Part shown: positions 39,208 through 51,303 of the stretch, in pieces
Position numbering within the stretch: position 1 is the first letter of the stretch
How the letters are laid out: each line of letters opens with the position of its first letter
Assembly: GCA_964016885.1 (NCBI GenBank)
Contig: OZ024756.1
Coordinates: forward strand, 17,546,001-17,610,000
DNA: 64,000 bases
Direction of reading: 5' to 3'
Source: Eledone cirrhosa
Taxonomy: Eukaryota
Program-made: the position numbers and the translations under genes
Notes under the pieces: generated by a model
Seen by the model: only the letters and a program-made list of their open reading frames with translations
What the model was told of the DNA's origin: nothing
Database searches by the model: none

Positions 39208-39249
39208 TCGTCCTGATGAGTACCAGTCGAGTTCCAAATGCATCGACGA
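39208..39249 (+). ncRNA. Hammerhead with a core mutation (GAAA to CAAA)
   Basis: tcgtc CTGATGA gtac-cagtcga-gttc CAAA tgca TC gacga. Confidence 0.6.
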
Positions 39250-39449
39250 ATGTCGACCTTGCTTCTGTCGGACACCGCTTGGTGGCGTTAGCTGCTAGCG
39301 TGTTATTCATAGTTACGGCCTTCTAAATGTTTACTTATAATAAACATACCGTATTTCTTTAGAAACACAAAATTCAAATATATATGTATATATATATATA
39401 TATGCAAAAGAAACCAAAGAACGCTTACATACTCAAACAGTCTTTATTT

Positions 39450-39494
39450 ACTTACAATGTTTCATCCTCACCTTTTGGCAGGAATCCTCAGAGC
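39450..39494 (-). ncRNA. Hammerhead, weak stem I
   Basis: gct CTGAGGA ttcctgcc-aaaa-ggtgaggat GAAA cattg TA agt. Confidence 0.6.
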
Positions 39495-39937
39495 CTAATA
39501 AATACAGTGTTGAGTATAAGCCCCACAAAAACCTAGTCACACGAACAATCAGAATAAAGATAGGGAGATTGGAGATGGCGAACAAAGAGGTGCATGCTGG
39601 GGTTGTTAAGCACCTCTGCTAAATGCCAGGGCCTAAGAGGCTTCAACAAGATGCAGATATAATAGATGGCACACAAAAACAAAGAATGCAAAAGCATTCT
39701 TTTGCATATAACGGCTCTGTTCTTGTACATTGAGCTAACACAATACTGCCATAATACAATATGGTGCGTGAGTGTTTATGCACATACGCTCCGTGCTGTA
39801 CGTAAATATATATGTATATATATATCGTTTCTGAATTTGTTTAGCAAGATTCTTTATCTGAAAACGTGTGTTGAAACCGATATTGTTATGCTTTGGGAGG
39901 GTCATGTTGCCAATAAGAAACACACGCACCAGTTGTT

Positions 39938-40258
39938 TGGGACCACACATTGAAAACGTGTTCTGTTGTGGAGATCAGCTGCCCACTTGATGTAAACGTT
40001 GTCAGAAAAATACAGGAGAAGGAGGACATCTACGGATCATTGGTGAGGAGTTTACAAATCCAGTATCCAAGACACAACTTTAGCTTCATACCCATCATTA
40101 TTGGAGCTACGGGTTATATACCAACCCGCTTGGACCAAAGCATGACTGAACTTGGATTTGCGGACAAAGAGCGCAGCTCCCTAATTCATAGTCTACAAAT
40201 GGCTGCGATAGCTGGCACCTTCAAAATTTGCAAAACATTCTTGCGATTCAAGGGATGA
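39938..40258 (+). mobile_element. RLE-type LINE 3' end, second R4/Dong-like family
   Basis: WDHTLKTCSVVEISCPLDVN..EKEDIY..IPIIIGATG..CKTFLRF*; homologous to 129-398. Confidence 0.85.
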
Positions 40259-40929
40259 CAATTTCTTATCTTTTACAACCTTGCCACCAGGAAGGTGGCC
40301 GGTCAAAAATTTACTCGAAATTAAGAGAAAGAGATAACATACACACACACGTATATATATATATATATATATACACATATATAATTAGGGGCGGGACTAA
40401 GCTGGTTTGCCTCTGCTCATAGGCTTTTTCAATCAGGTATGAACTGGGACTAAACAAGGACAATTGGTTATACTTTCTATCGATCCTTGAAAGGATTAAA
40501 GACAAAATCGATATTAGCGGGATTTGAACTAGTAAACAGTGTTGATTTTTTCCCCCTTGATTATCTTTTCAAATTCTGCTGCGGTTGAGTTTGAGCCTTT
40601 CATCATCATCCTTGATAATCGATAAAATAAGAACCAATAAAATATTGATTTACTGGTACAAGGAATCAACAACGCTGGGGCTTAAGATATCGATACTGTT
40701 TATTATAGTTCAAATACTTTTGAAGCCGGCTTTACCTTTCATCCTTCTGGGGATCAATAAAATGAGATATGTAGCTAAAAGGCGCATGTTTATTTTTTCG
40801 GGTTGGGATAATCGATTATATCGGCCCCAGCGCTTATTTGATCGAATTTAGGGCCCTAGATTCGTAAAGTATTGGGTTAAAAGCCTTCGCGTAGCCTAGT
40901 GGTAAGGGTGTTGGACCTACTATCATAAT

Positions 40930-41111
40930 TGTTTCTACTTTAGGCACAAGGCCAGCAATTATCCAGTGCATTACTGGTACTTTATTTTATCGACCCCGTA
41001 AGGATGACAGGCAAAGTCAACCTCGGCGGGATTTGAACTCAGATCGTAAAGGGACGTAACTATGCTGGAAAGCATGGCGTCCGACCCTCTACCGATACTG
41101 CCAATCCACCG
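40930..41111 (-). mobile_element. Young SINE A insertion with 9-bp TSD
   Basis: tatcataat at 40921-40929 and 41112-41120. Confidence 0.9.
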
Positions 41112-41199
41112 TATCATAATGTCATGGGTTTGATTCCTGGACTTGGGTTGTATGTTTTGTTCTTGAGCAAAACACTTCATTTCACGTTGCTCAATATAC

Positions 41200-42630
41200 T
41201 CAGTGGATGCCCGTGGCCCAGTGGCAAGTGTGTTGGACTTACCATCTTAGTGCCGTGGGTTCTATTCCTGGACTTGGGTTGTGTGTTGAGTTCTTGAGCA
41301 AAACACTTCATTTCACGTTACTCAATATACTCAGTGGATGCCCGTGGCCCAGTGGTAAGTGTGTTGGACTTACCATCTTAGTGCCGTGGGTTCTATTCCT
41401 GGGCTGTGTTGTGTGTTGAGTTCTTGAGCAAAACACTTCATTTCACGTTACTCAATATACTCAGTGGATGCCCGTGGCCCAGTGGTAAGTGTGTTGGACT
41501 TACCATCTTAGTGCCGTGGGTTCTATTCCTGGGCTGTGTTGTGTGTTGAGTTCTTGAGCAAAACACTTCATTTCACGTTACTCAATATACTCAGTGGATG
41601 CCCGTGGCCCAGTGGTAAGTGTGTTGGACTTACCATCTTAGTGCCGTGGGTTCTATTCCTGGGTTGTGTTGTATGTTTTGTTCTTGAGCAAAACACTTCA
41701 TTTCACGTTGCTCAATATACTCAGTGGATGCCCGTGGCCCAGTGGCAAGTGTGTTGGACTTACCATCTTAGTGCCGTGGGTTCTATTCCTGGGTTGTGTT
41801 GTGTGTTGAGTTCTTGAGCAAAACACTTCATTTCACGTTACTCAATATACTCAGTGGATGCCCGTGGCCCAGTGGTAAGTGTGTTGGACTTACCATCTTA
41901 GTGCCGTGGGTTCTATTCCTGGGCTGTGTTGTGTGTTGAGTTCTTGAGCAAAACACTTCATTTCACGTTACTCAATATACTCAGTGGATGCCCGTGGCCC
42001 AGTGGTAAGTGTGTTGGACTTACCATCTTAGTGCCGTGGGTTCTATTCCTGGGCTGTGTTGTGTGTTGAGTTCTTGAGCAAAACACTTCATTTCACGTTA
42101 CTCAATATACTCAGTGGATGCCCGTGGCCCAGTGGTAAGTGTGTTGGACTTACCATCTTAGTGCCGTGGGTTCTATTCCTGGGCTGTGTTGTGTGTTGAG
42201 TTCTTGAGCAAAACACTTCATTTCACGTTACTCAATATACTCAGTGGATGCCCGTGGCCCAGTGGTAAGTGTGTTGGACTTACCATCTTAGTGCTGTGGG
42301 TTCTATTCCTGGGCTGTGTTGTGTGTTGAGTTCTTGAGCAAAACACTTCATTTCACGTTACTCAATATACTCAGTGGATGCCCGTGGCCCAGTGGTAAGT
42401 GTGTTGGACTTACCATCTTAGTGCCGTGGGTTCTATTCCTGGGCTGTGTTGTGTGTTGAGTTCTTGAGCAAAACACTTCATTTCACGTTACTCAATATAC
42501 TCAGTGGATGCCCGTGGCCCAGTGGTAAGTGTGTTGGACTTACCATCTTAGTGCCGTGGGTTCTATTCCTGGGCTGTGTTGTGTGTTGAGTTCTTGAGCA
42601 AAACACTTCATTTCACGTTACTCAATATAC
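41200..42630 (+). repeat. 130-bp tandem array, 11 copies, of a tRNA-like SINE head
   Basis: Each unit has TGGCCCAGTGG (A box), GGGTTCTATTCC (B box) and ttcttgagcaaaacactt. Confidence 0.93.
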
Positions 42631-42795
42631 TCAGCTGAAAATGAGTACCAGCAGCAATAGTCTGGGGTTTAACCTTGCTATGGACTGGTGTCCTGTCCGG
42701 AGGAGGAGTCTTGTACTCTCAGTCGTTTCATGCCACAGAAACCGGGATAAACACCGACCCTTATGAATATATATATATATATATATGTGTGTGTT

Positions 42796-42880
<85 letters not shown>

Positions 42881-42883
<3 letters not shown>

Positions 42884-43008
42884 AACGAGTAGGACCCCGA
42901 CGGCTGAGCTCAAGCCGTTTCGACGGCTAATTCTGGACGCTACTACCCTAAGTATTGAGTACTTTGGTGCGTTATGGTCCATCTGGTTCCTTACCACATT
43001 TCCTTCGT

Positions 43009-43010
<2 letters not shown>
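42881..43010 (+). mobile_element. Family P element
   Basis: Inverted hammerhead half plus common tail, (TA)n flanks. Confidence 0.68.
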
Positions 43011-43051
<41 letters not shown>

Positions 43052-43831
43052 TGTATGTAGGGGACAACATTGTCCAAAGAGTTCTTACTTTTTTAAGACA
43101 ATAGTGTGTGACTTGAGAGAGATAAAGCTACTATTTCTAGCAAGAAGAATGACCATGTAGATGCTCGGAGTACTGAGATCGATGTAATCGATAATGCCTC
43201 TCCCTTGTATTTGAGTTAGCGAGCTTCTCTAAGAAATCAATATAATCCATCGTAATATTCTGCTTGTTACAACATGTGATTGAGTGTTAGGCTTTAAACA
43301 ACCTCAACTATGGAACATTCGAACACGCTCAACTATGTAAAGTTTGTCTCGAACCCGGCGGCTCACCGGGCCGGTTCTTATCTCGGTTTCTAAGTAGATA
43401 AAATCAAGTACCTGTGCTGTAATGGGGACGATTCTTTTCTTCCTCTGTACCTCGTTCTCAATTCTTTTCTATTACTCTCTCTCTCTCTATCTATCTATCT
43501 ATCTTTCTCTCTCTTCTTCGGAAAAAATCTGTTGTGTTCACAACTAGAAAGGGGAGGGGCTCTGTCAGGTTTAGAATGGTCAAGACACGCCGTATGTAAT
43601 AACATGACGCTTACGACTCCATGACCACGAGGGGTTAAGGACCCATAGATGTCTCACTTTCTCTCCCTCTCAACTCTCTTTCTCTGGAAGAAATCGACTG
43701 TGTTCGGACCTGGAGAAGAAATAGGTTTCGCCGGGTTTGAAAAATGCCCAAGACACCCTAAATCCCGACGGCGACCCTCGTGGTTCCATCAAAAGTCACG
43801 GATCCTTCCGTTCGTCCGTCATTCCACCCAT

Positions 43832-43866
<35 letters not shown>

Positions 43867-44178
43867 GATAATAATGTATTTATATATTTATCACATAGTG
43901 TTCAATTATTAGTCATCAATACTGACTAAAGATGAGACATAGGCAACACACACATACACACACATATATACACATATATACACATACACACACATATATA
44001 CACATATATACACACACACATACACACACACACATATATACACATATATACACATACACACACATACACACACACATATACACATATATTATAGAAACAC
44101 AATAACGTGTTAACGTCATCTACCGCCAATGTTGACCAATAGAGAAGAACACATTTTTACGTATTTCTTTCACTCCTT

Positions 44179-47100
44179 TACTGGTTTTAGACATTAGACT
44201 GCGGTCAAGCTGGGGCACGGCCTTACCCTCATACTGGTTTTAGTCATTAGACTGCGGTCAAGCTGGGGCACGGCCTTACCCTCATACTGGTTTTAGACAT
44301 TAGACTGCGGTCAAGCTGGGGCACGGCCTTACCCTCATACTGGTTTTAGTCATTAGACTGCGGTCAAGCTGGGGCACGGCCTTACCCTCATACTGGTTTT
44401 AGTCATTAGACTGCGGTCAAGCTGGGGCACGGCCTTACTCTCATACTGGTTTTAGACATTAGACTGCGGTCAAGCTGGGGCACGGCCTTACTCTCATACT
44501 GGTTTTAGACATTAGACTGCGGTCAAGCTGGGGCACGGCCTTACCCTCATACTGGTTTTAGTCATTAGACTGCGGTCAAGCTGCAGCACGGCCTTACCCT
44601 CATACTGGTTTTAGACATTAGACTGCGGTCAAGCTGGAGCACGGCCTTACCCTCATACTGGTTTTAGACATTAGACTGCGGTCAAGCTGGGGCACGGCCT
44701 TACCCTCATACTGGTTTTAGACATTAGACTGCGGTCAAGCTGGGGCACGGCCTTACCCTCATACTGGTTTTAGACATTAGACTGCGGTCAAGCTGGGGCA
44801 CGGCCTTACCCTCATACTGGTTTTAGACATTAGACTGCGGTCAAGCTGGGGCACGGCCTTACCCTCATACTGGTTTTAGACATTAGACTGCGGTCAAGCT
44901 GGAGCACGGCCTTACCCTCATACTGGTTTTAGACATTAGACTGCGGTCAAGCTGGGGCACGGCCTTACCCTCATACTGGTTTTAGACATTAGACTGCGGT
45001 CAAGCTGGGGCACGGCCTTACCCTCATACTGGTTTTAGACATTAGACTGCGGTCAAGCTGGGGCACGGCCTTACCCTCATACTGGTTTTAGTCATTAGAC
45101 TGCGGTCAAGCTGGGGCACGGCCTTACCCTCATACTGGTTTTAGTCATTAGACTGCGGTCAAGCTGGAGCACGGCCTTACCCTCATACTGGTTTTAGTCA
45201 TTAGACTGCGGTCAAGCTGGGGCACGGCCTTACCCTCATACTGGTTTTAGTCATTAGACTGCGGTCAAGCTGGAGCACGGCCTTACCCTCATACTGGTTT
45301 TAGTCATTAGACTGCGGTCAAGCTGGGGCACGGCCTTACCCTCATACTGGTTTTAGACATTAGACTGCGGTCAAGCTGGGGCACGGCCTTACCCTCATAC
45401 TGGTTTTAGTCATTAGACTGCGGTCAAGCTGGGGCACGGCCTTACCCTCATACTGGTTTTAGTCATTAGACTGCGGTCAAGCTGGAGCACGGCCTTACCC
45501 TCATACTGGTTTTAGTCATTAGACTGCGGTCAAGCTGGGGCACGGCCTTACCCTCATACTGGTTTTAGACATTAGACTGCGGTCAAGCTGGGGCACGGCC
45601 TTACCCTCATACTGGTTTTAGACATTAGACTGCGGTCAAGCTGGGGCACCGCCTTACCCTCATACTGGTTTTAGACATTAGACTGCGGTCAAGCTGGGGC
45701 ACGGCCTTACCCTCATACTGGTTTTAGACATTAGACTGCGGTCAAGCTGGGGCACGGCCTTACCCTCATACTGGTTTTAGACATTAGACTGCGGTCAAGC
45801 TGGGGCACCGCCTTACCCTCATACTGGTTTTAGACATTAGACTGCGGTCAAGCTGGGGCACGGCCTTACCCTCATACTGGTTTTAGACATTAGACTGCGG
45901 TCAAGCTGGGGCACGGCCTTACCCTCATACTGGTTTTAGACATTAGACTGCGGTCAAGCTGGGGCACGGCCTTACCCTCATACTGGTTTTAGACATTAGA
46001 CTGCGGTCAAGCTGGGGCACGGCCTTACCCTCATACTGGTTTTAGACATTAGACTGCGGTCAAGCTGCAGCACGGCCTTACCCTCATACTGGTTTTAGTC
46101 ATTAGACTGCGGTCAAGCTGGGGCACGGCCTTACTATCATACTGGTTTTAGTCATTAGACTGCGGTCAAGCTGCAGCGCGGCCTTACTATCATACTGGTT
46201 TTAGTCATTAGACTGCGGTCAAGCTGGAGCACGGCCTTACCCTCATACTGGTTTTAGTCATTAGACTGCGGTCAAGCTGCAGCACGGCCTTACTATCATA
46301 CTGGTTTTAGTCATTAGACTGCGGTCAAGCTGGAGCACTGCCTTACCCTCATACTGGTTTTAGTCATTAGACTGCGGTCAAGCTGGGGCACGGCCTTACC
46401 CTCATACTGGTTTTAGTCATTAGACTGCGGTCAAGCTGGGGCACGGCCTTACCCTCATACTGGTTTTAGTCATTAGACTGCGGTCAAGCTGGAGCACGGC
46501 CTTACTCTCATACTGGTTTTAGTCATTAGACTGCGGTCAAGCTGGGGCACGGCCTTACTCTCATACTGGTTTTAGTCATTAGACTGCGGTCAAGCTGGGG
46601 CACGGCCTTACCCTCATACTGGTTTTAGTCATTAGACTGCGGTCAAGCTGGGGCACGGCCTTACCCTCATACTGGTTTTAGTCATTAGACTGCGGTCAAG
46701 CTGGGGCACGGCCTTACCCTCATACTGGTTTTAGTCATTAGACTGCGGTCAAGCTGGGGCACGGCCTTACCCTCATACTGGTTTTAGTCATTAGACTGCG
46801 GTCAAGCTGGGGCACGGCCTTACCCTCATACTGGTTTTAGTCATTAGACTGCGGTCAAGCTGGAGCACGGCCTTACCCTCATACTGGTTTTAGTCATTAG
46901 ACTGCGGTCAAGCTGGGGCACGGCCTTACCCTCATACTGGTTTTAGTCATTAGACTGCGGTCAAGCTGGGGCACGGCCTTACCCTCATACTGGTTTTAGT
47001 CATTAGACTGCGGTCAAGCTGGGGCACGGCCTTACCCTCATACTGGTTTTAGTCATTAGACTGCGGTCAAGCTGGGGCACGGCCTTACCCTCATACTGGA

Positions 47101-47712
47101 TTTAGTCATTAGACTGCGGTCAAGCTGGGGCACCGCCTTACTCTCATACTGGTTTTAGTCATTAGACTGCGGTCAAGCTGGAGCACGGCCTTACTCTCAT
47201 ACTGGTTTTAGTCATTAGACTGCGGTCAAGCTGGGGCACGACCTTACTCTCATACTGGTTTTAGTCATTAGACTGCGGTCAAGCTGGGGCACGGCCTTAC
47301 CCTCATACTGGTTTTAGTCATTAGACTGCGGTCAAGCTGGGGCACGGCCTTACTCTCATACTGGTTTTAGTCATTAGAATGCGGTCAAGCTGGGGCACCG
47401 CCTTACCCTCATACTGGTTTTAGTCATTAGACTGCGGTCAAGCTGGGGCACGGCCTTACTCTCATATTGGTTTTAGTCATTAGACTGCGGTCAAGCTGGG
47501 GCACCGCCTTACTCTCATACTGGTTTTAGTCATTAGAATGCGGTCAAGCTGGGGCACCGCCTTACCCTCATACTGGTTTTAGTCATTAGACTGCGGTCAA
47601 GCAATGACTAAAACCAGTTTTAGTCATTAGACTGCGGTCAAGCTGGGGCACGGCCTTACTCTCATACTGGTTTTAGTCATTAGAATGCGGCCATGCAGAG
47701 GCACTGCCTTAC
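44179..47712 (-). repeat. 53-bp minisatellite, about 66 copies, derived from the CR1/SINE 3' tail
   Basis: Unit reverse complement gccgtgccccagcttgaccgcagtctaatgactaaaaccagta resembles the tail at 23735-23782. Confidence 0.93.
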
Positions 47713-47743
47713 TCCTTTATTTCTCGAGATGTTTTGTATGTGT

Positions 47744-48482
47744 ACAAGGCCAGCAATTTGAAGGGAAAGAGAAAGTCGATTAAATCGACCCCAGTTCGTT
47801 ACTCGTACTTTTATCGACCACGTAAGGATGAAAGGCCAAGTTAACCTCGACAGGATTTGAACTCAGAACGTAACAGCCATAAACTCTATGCTGCAAAGCA
47901 TGTTGTCTGACGCTCTACCGATTCTACCAATCCACCAATGAACCAATAATGATTTCTAGTAGAGGCACAAGGCCAGTAATTTCAGGGGAGAGGAAAGTCG
48001 ATTAAATCGACCCCAGTACGTTACTGGTGCTTTATTTTATCGACCCTGTAAGGATGAAAGGCAAAGTTAACTTCGACGGGATTTGAACTTAGATCATAAA
48101 GGGCTGTAACTCTATGCTGCAAAGCATGATGTCCGACTCTACCGTTACTGCCAATCCAGCGCCCTTCACCAATGAACTAATAATGTTTTCTTTATTAACC
48201 ACAAGGGTTTACATAAAGTAGACATTAAGGACAGTACAGGAAAATACAGGACGGTACCAATGAACTAATAATAATATCTAATATAAGCACAAGGCCAGCA
48301 TGTCACGTGGAAGAGAAAGTCAGTTCTAGCGACCTCAATATATTACTGGTACTTTATTTTATATTTTAGTGGCCCCAGGAGGAAGGAAAGCAACGTTAAC
48401 TTTGGTGGAATTTCTACTCAGAACATTAAGGGTTGTGACTAGAGGCTCCAAAGACTTAGTCCGGCGCTCTACTGAATCTTCC
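47744..48482 (-). mobile_element. Three SINE family A copies
   Basis: Similarity to other copies. Confidence 0.82.
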
Positions 48483-48499
48483 ATTCGTCCCCTACCCTA

Positions 48500-48690
48500 C
48501 CCGTCGGGCAGTGTCGACCGTAACGTAGAGAAGTAGAAGATAATCAAAATACCGGGACTCAACCAACCGCTTCCTTTTCGTGCCAGTTACCGCCGAGACC
48601 TTTGGTGTCCTCGCTCCCAGAAATGCCACTTTCCTTCGTAAAATTGGAAGGAGTGTGTCCCACACGAGGAATAAGCTCCGTGAGGTTAGA
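48500..48690 (+). mobile_element. CRE-like LINE endonuclease C-terminal fragment
   Basis: KYRDSTNRFLFVPVTAETFGVL..ATFLRKIG fits the KY..F.P...ET.G RLE pattern. Confidence 0.6.
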
Positions 48691-48925
48691 ATGTATAAGG
48701 AAAGAATCGCTAGACAGATTTTACAGGCAAAACCAACAGGCAGGAGACCTTGGAGTAGACTTCGAGCAAGATGGTTGGAAAACATCCATGAGCTTGGCTG
48801 GTCCCGCTTGAGGATCCAGTCGGATCAGTTAAAAACGGTTGCTTCTGAAAGGACCCACTGGAGGGAGTGTTTGAGGACTCTTTCCCCACGAAACCCTCCC
48901 AGGAATAAGTGGGTGAAGAAGAAGA
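48691..48925 (+). mobile_element. RTE LINE 3' end with (GAA)n tail
   Basis: RMYKERIARQILQAKPTGRRPWSRLRARW..ASERTHWR. Confidence 0.8.
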
Positions 48926-49339
48926 GGTGGAGTGGTATAAGAGGTGCAGTAGGTATAACTGGCTGCTCTCTTCGGGGATATCTTCACCATTTTGTCTAAC
49001 TGAGTTATATCGCCTTGACTGGAATGTAGAGTTTGCCGATCCCACCTCCATTTTTTTTATTTTCGTTATTTAATTTTTCTTCGGTTTTTTTTTTATATTG
49101 CAAACATATAAACATATATTCCAATTGAAATATATTATATTACAATGAAGGTGACGAGGAGGGAGAAATATTTCAGAAATGAGAAAAAGAAAGAATGTAA
49201 TATTCCTAATGGAGTCATAGTATCGACCATTTCGCAACCTTTTCAGTTTTTTTTAACTATTATTATTATTTGCGTATTTTTCATGTGTTTAAGGTTGTGG
49301 TATTATTGAAAGAGTGTATGCGATAAATGTCTCCGAGTG

Positions 49340-50010
49340 TCACTTACTTTACAGCAGATGTAAATACATGCAGATCAACCGGAATATTTTATCAGCGACG
49401 CTGACGACTTACCGTCTGCAAGCTTTGTTCAATTTCCGTTGTGGTTTTCCTTTCTTTCTTTGTCCTCTTGGTCTTCTATCGTGGGTCAGCAAAACGACAT
49501 GCAACGATGAAACTGTTTAAAAGAGGCGAACTGATTAAAAATTTATCAGTTCACCACCAACAACACCATCACCACTATCACAACCATAACCAATATCATT
49601 TCTACCAATCAACTTTGTAACTGCAGCCACTATCTTCAATATCCATAACGGCATTTGCATTATAATAATCGTATCATCGAAACTAACACCATTTTATAAA
49701 TACTATCTAACTTTCTCACTACCACTATGTTATATTATCTTCCTTTTCCATCATCATCGCCATCGTCGTTTTCGTCACCATCATCCATTTAATCGATGAA
49801 TGCATTCTCCAAATAAATCGACATTATTCAGCGAGAGAAATTGCGTTATGTAGTTTCGTATTTAGGTTGTCCGTCCGGCCAATGAACAGACGACACGACC
49901 GACGCCATATTGTTTTAGACAATATAATTCAAATAAAGTATGATATAGTAATAAAACGACAGCGAGAAAATTCTCATTTTTCAAATCTATCAGCAACAAC
50001 TGGTGAGTCA
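49340..50010. promoter_or_regulatory. Candidate bidirectional promoter / first-exon region
   Basis: Non-repetitive, CpG-retaining; CCAAT at 49879, YY1-like CGCCATATT at 49903; minus-strand donors GTAAGT at 49412 and 49347, plus-strand GTGAGT at 50003. Confidence 0.3.
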
Positions 50011-50147
50011 CGGAGATGAGACCAATCCTACCAACAGCTGCTTACGAAGCAAATATTATTCTGTTAATTCGCAATGATATCACAGAAGTATTTCACCAGA
50101 ACGCTAACTTGTGACAGGTCTAAATTTATAGGAGAGAATATGAAGAG

Positions 50148-50240
<93 letters not shown>

Positions 50241-50268
50241 TGGTAACACAACAGTTAGTTCACCATAT

Positions 50269-50306
50269 CGAGAACAATTGTTTCACCTTAGCGGATCTTC
50301 AGCTCG
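50269..50306 (-). ncRNA. Type I minimal hammerhead ribozyme
   Basis: cgag CTGAAGA tcc-gctaa-ggt GAAA caattg TT ctcg. Confidence 0.78.
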
Positions 50307-50343
50307 TACTGGTCATTGCTGTTCCGTATAACCATGACCAGTA

Positions 50344-50381
50344 CGAGCTGAGGATCCGCTAAGGTGAAACAATTGTTCTCG
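50344..50381 (+). ncRNA. Type I minimal hammerhead ribozyme
   Basis: cgag CTGAGGA tcc-gctaa-ggt GAAA caattg TT ctcg. Confidence 0.78.
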
Positions 50382-50980
50382 GTATGGTGAACTAATTGTT
50401 GTGTTACCACTTCTACCTAACTCGTCCCATGGACTGAGTGCTCTACCACTACGGATATTACCTTCCAGTGTTCTACCTCTCTTTCTCTCTCTCTCTCTAT
50501 ATATATATATAATAAGCTTATTGCTTCTATCATTTTGTGGGATGTAGACGTTCATAATTTTCCGAACAAAAATGGTTAAATTTTCCGACAGCAATATTTT
50601 TGGAGGTGCAGCTGCACCCCCGGCCATACGTCACTGATATATATATATATATATATATTCCTACATCTTTGAAAAGGTTTGCTGAACTCAAGCCGAAACC
50701 ACTTGCAACCGCGGTCGGGGTTTTACCCCGCCCCTCTCTCTTTATATATATATATATGTATATATATATATTTCTCCTTTGGCTAAGCCCTTGCACACTC
50801 TATATTTGTGTAATTTACCTAAAGGCATAACTTGTCATTACCCGTTTTGTGTCCTAATGTACACTGGAATGAACGTAACCGAAACCGTAGTGATTTCCAG
50901 AGGTTGACTGAAGAGAAGGATCTGTCCGTCTTTCCGTTATTTTTTTTTACATTGACCCCTGAGCGTTCCCTATTTTGAAT

Positions 50981-51014
<34 letters not shown>

Positions 51015-51015
<1 letters not shown>

Positions 51016-51201
51016 GGAACCAGTAAGACCCCGACGGCTGAGCTCAAGCCGTTCCGACGGCTAATTCTGGACTAAATGAAAATTTATCCTGGTATTTAAA
51101 TAGCCGACCTTCTCAAGGGGTAATTCCATATATGGTCAAAGTGACTGTCAAAAGTCAGTAGTAATTCTGTGATTGCAAATTAGCTCCTTACCGCATTTCC
51201 T

Positions 51202-51205
<4 letters not shown>
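51015..51205 (+). mobile_element. Family P element with unrelated internal filler
   Basis: aggaaccagtaagaccccgacggc.. start and ..ccttaccgcatttccttcg end; (TA)n flanks. Confidence 0.6.
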
Positions 51206-51232
<27 letters not shown>

Positions 51233-51236
<4 letters not shown>

Positions 51237-51303
51237 TGTTGGTGTAATGGTAGCACAGTGGTCGTGATAACCAAAGATGTGGGTTCGACTCCCATGTACG
51301 TCA
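51233..51303 (+). pseudogene. tRNA-like sequence (pseudogene or SINE head)
   Basis: Acceptor gatgtgt/gtacgtc, D arm gtgt-aatggta-gcac, T arm gtggg-TTCGACT-cccat; abnormal anticodon loop. Confidence 0.65.

Larger units (their letters stand above)
40888..42765 (+). mobile_element. SINE family B-like copy, interrupted by SINE A and expanded by a tandem array of its head
   Basis: Head at 40888, continues at 41112, 3' body resumes at 42631. Confidence 0.8.
50241..50409. repeat. Inverted repeat, about 76-bp arms, each with a hammerhead
   Basis: tggtaacacaac..ctggtcat vs atgaccag..gttgtgttacca. Confidence 0.92.

Noticed and set aside
50660-50895. Two decayed hammerhead-like motifs (near 50662-50722 and 50862-50892)
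   Set aside because: CUGANGA box not recognisable; only 3' halves fit
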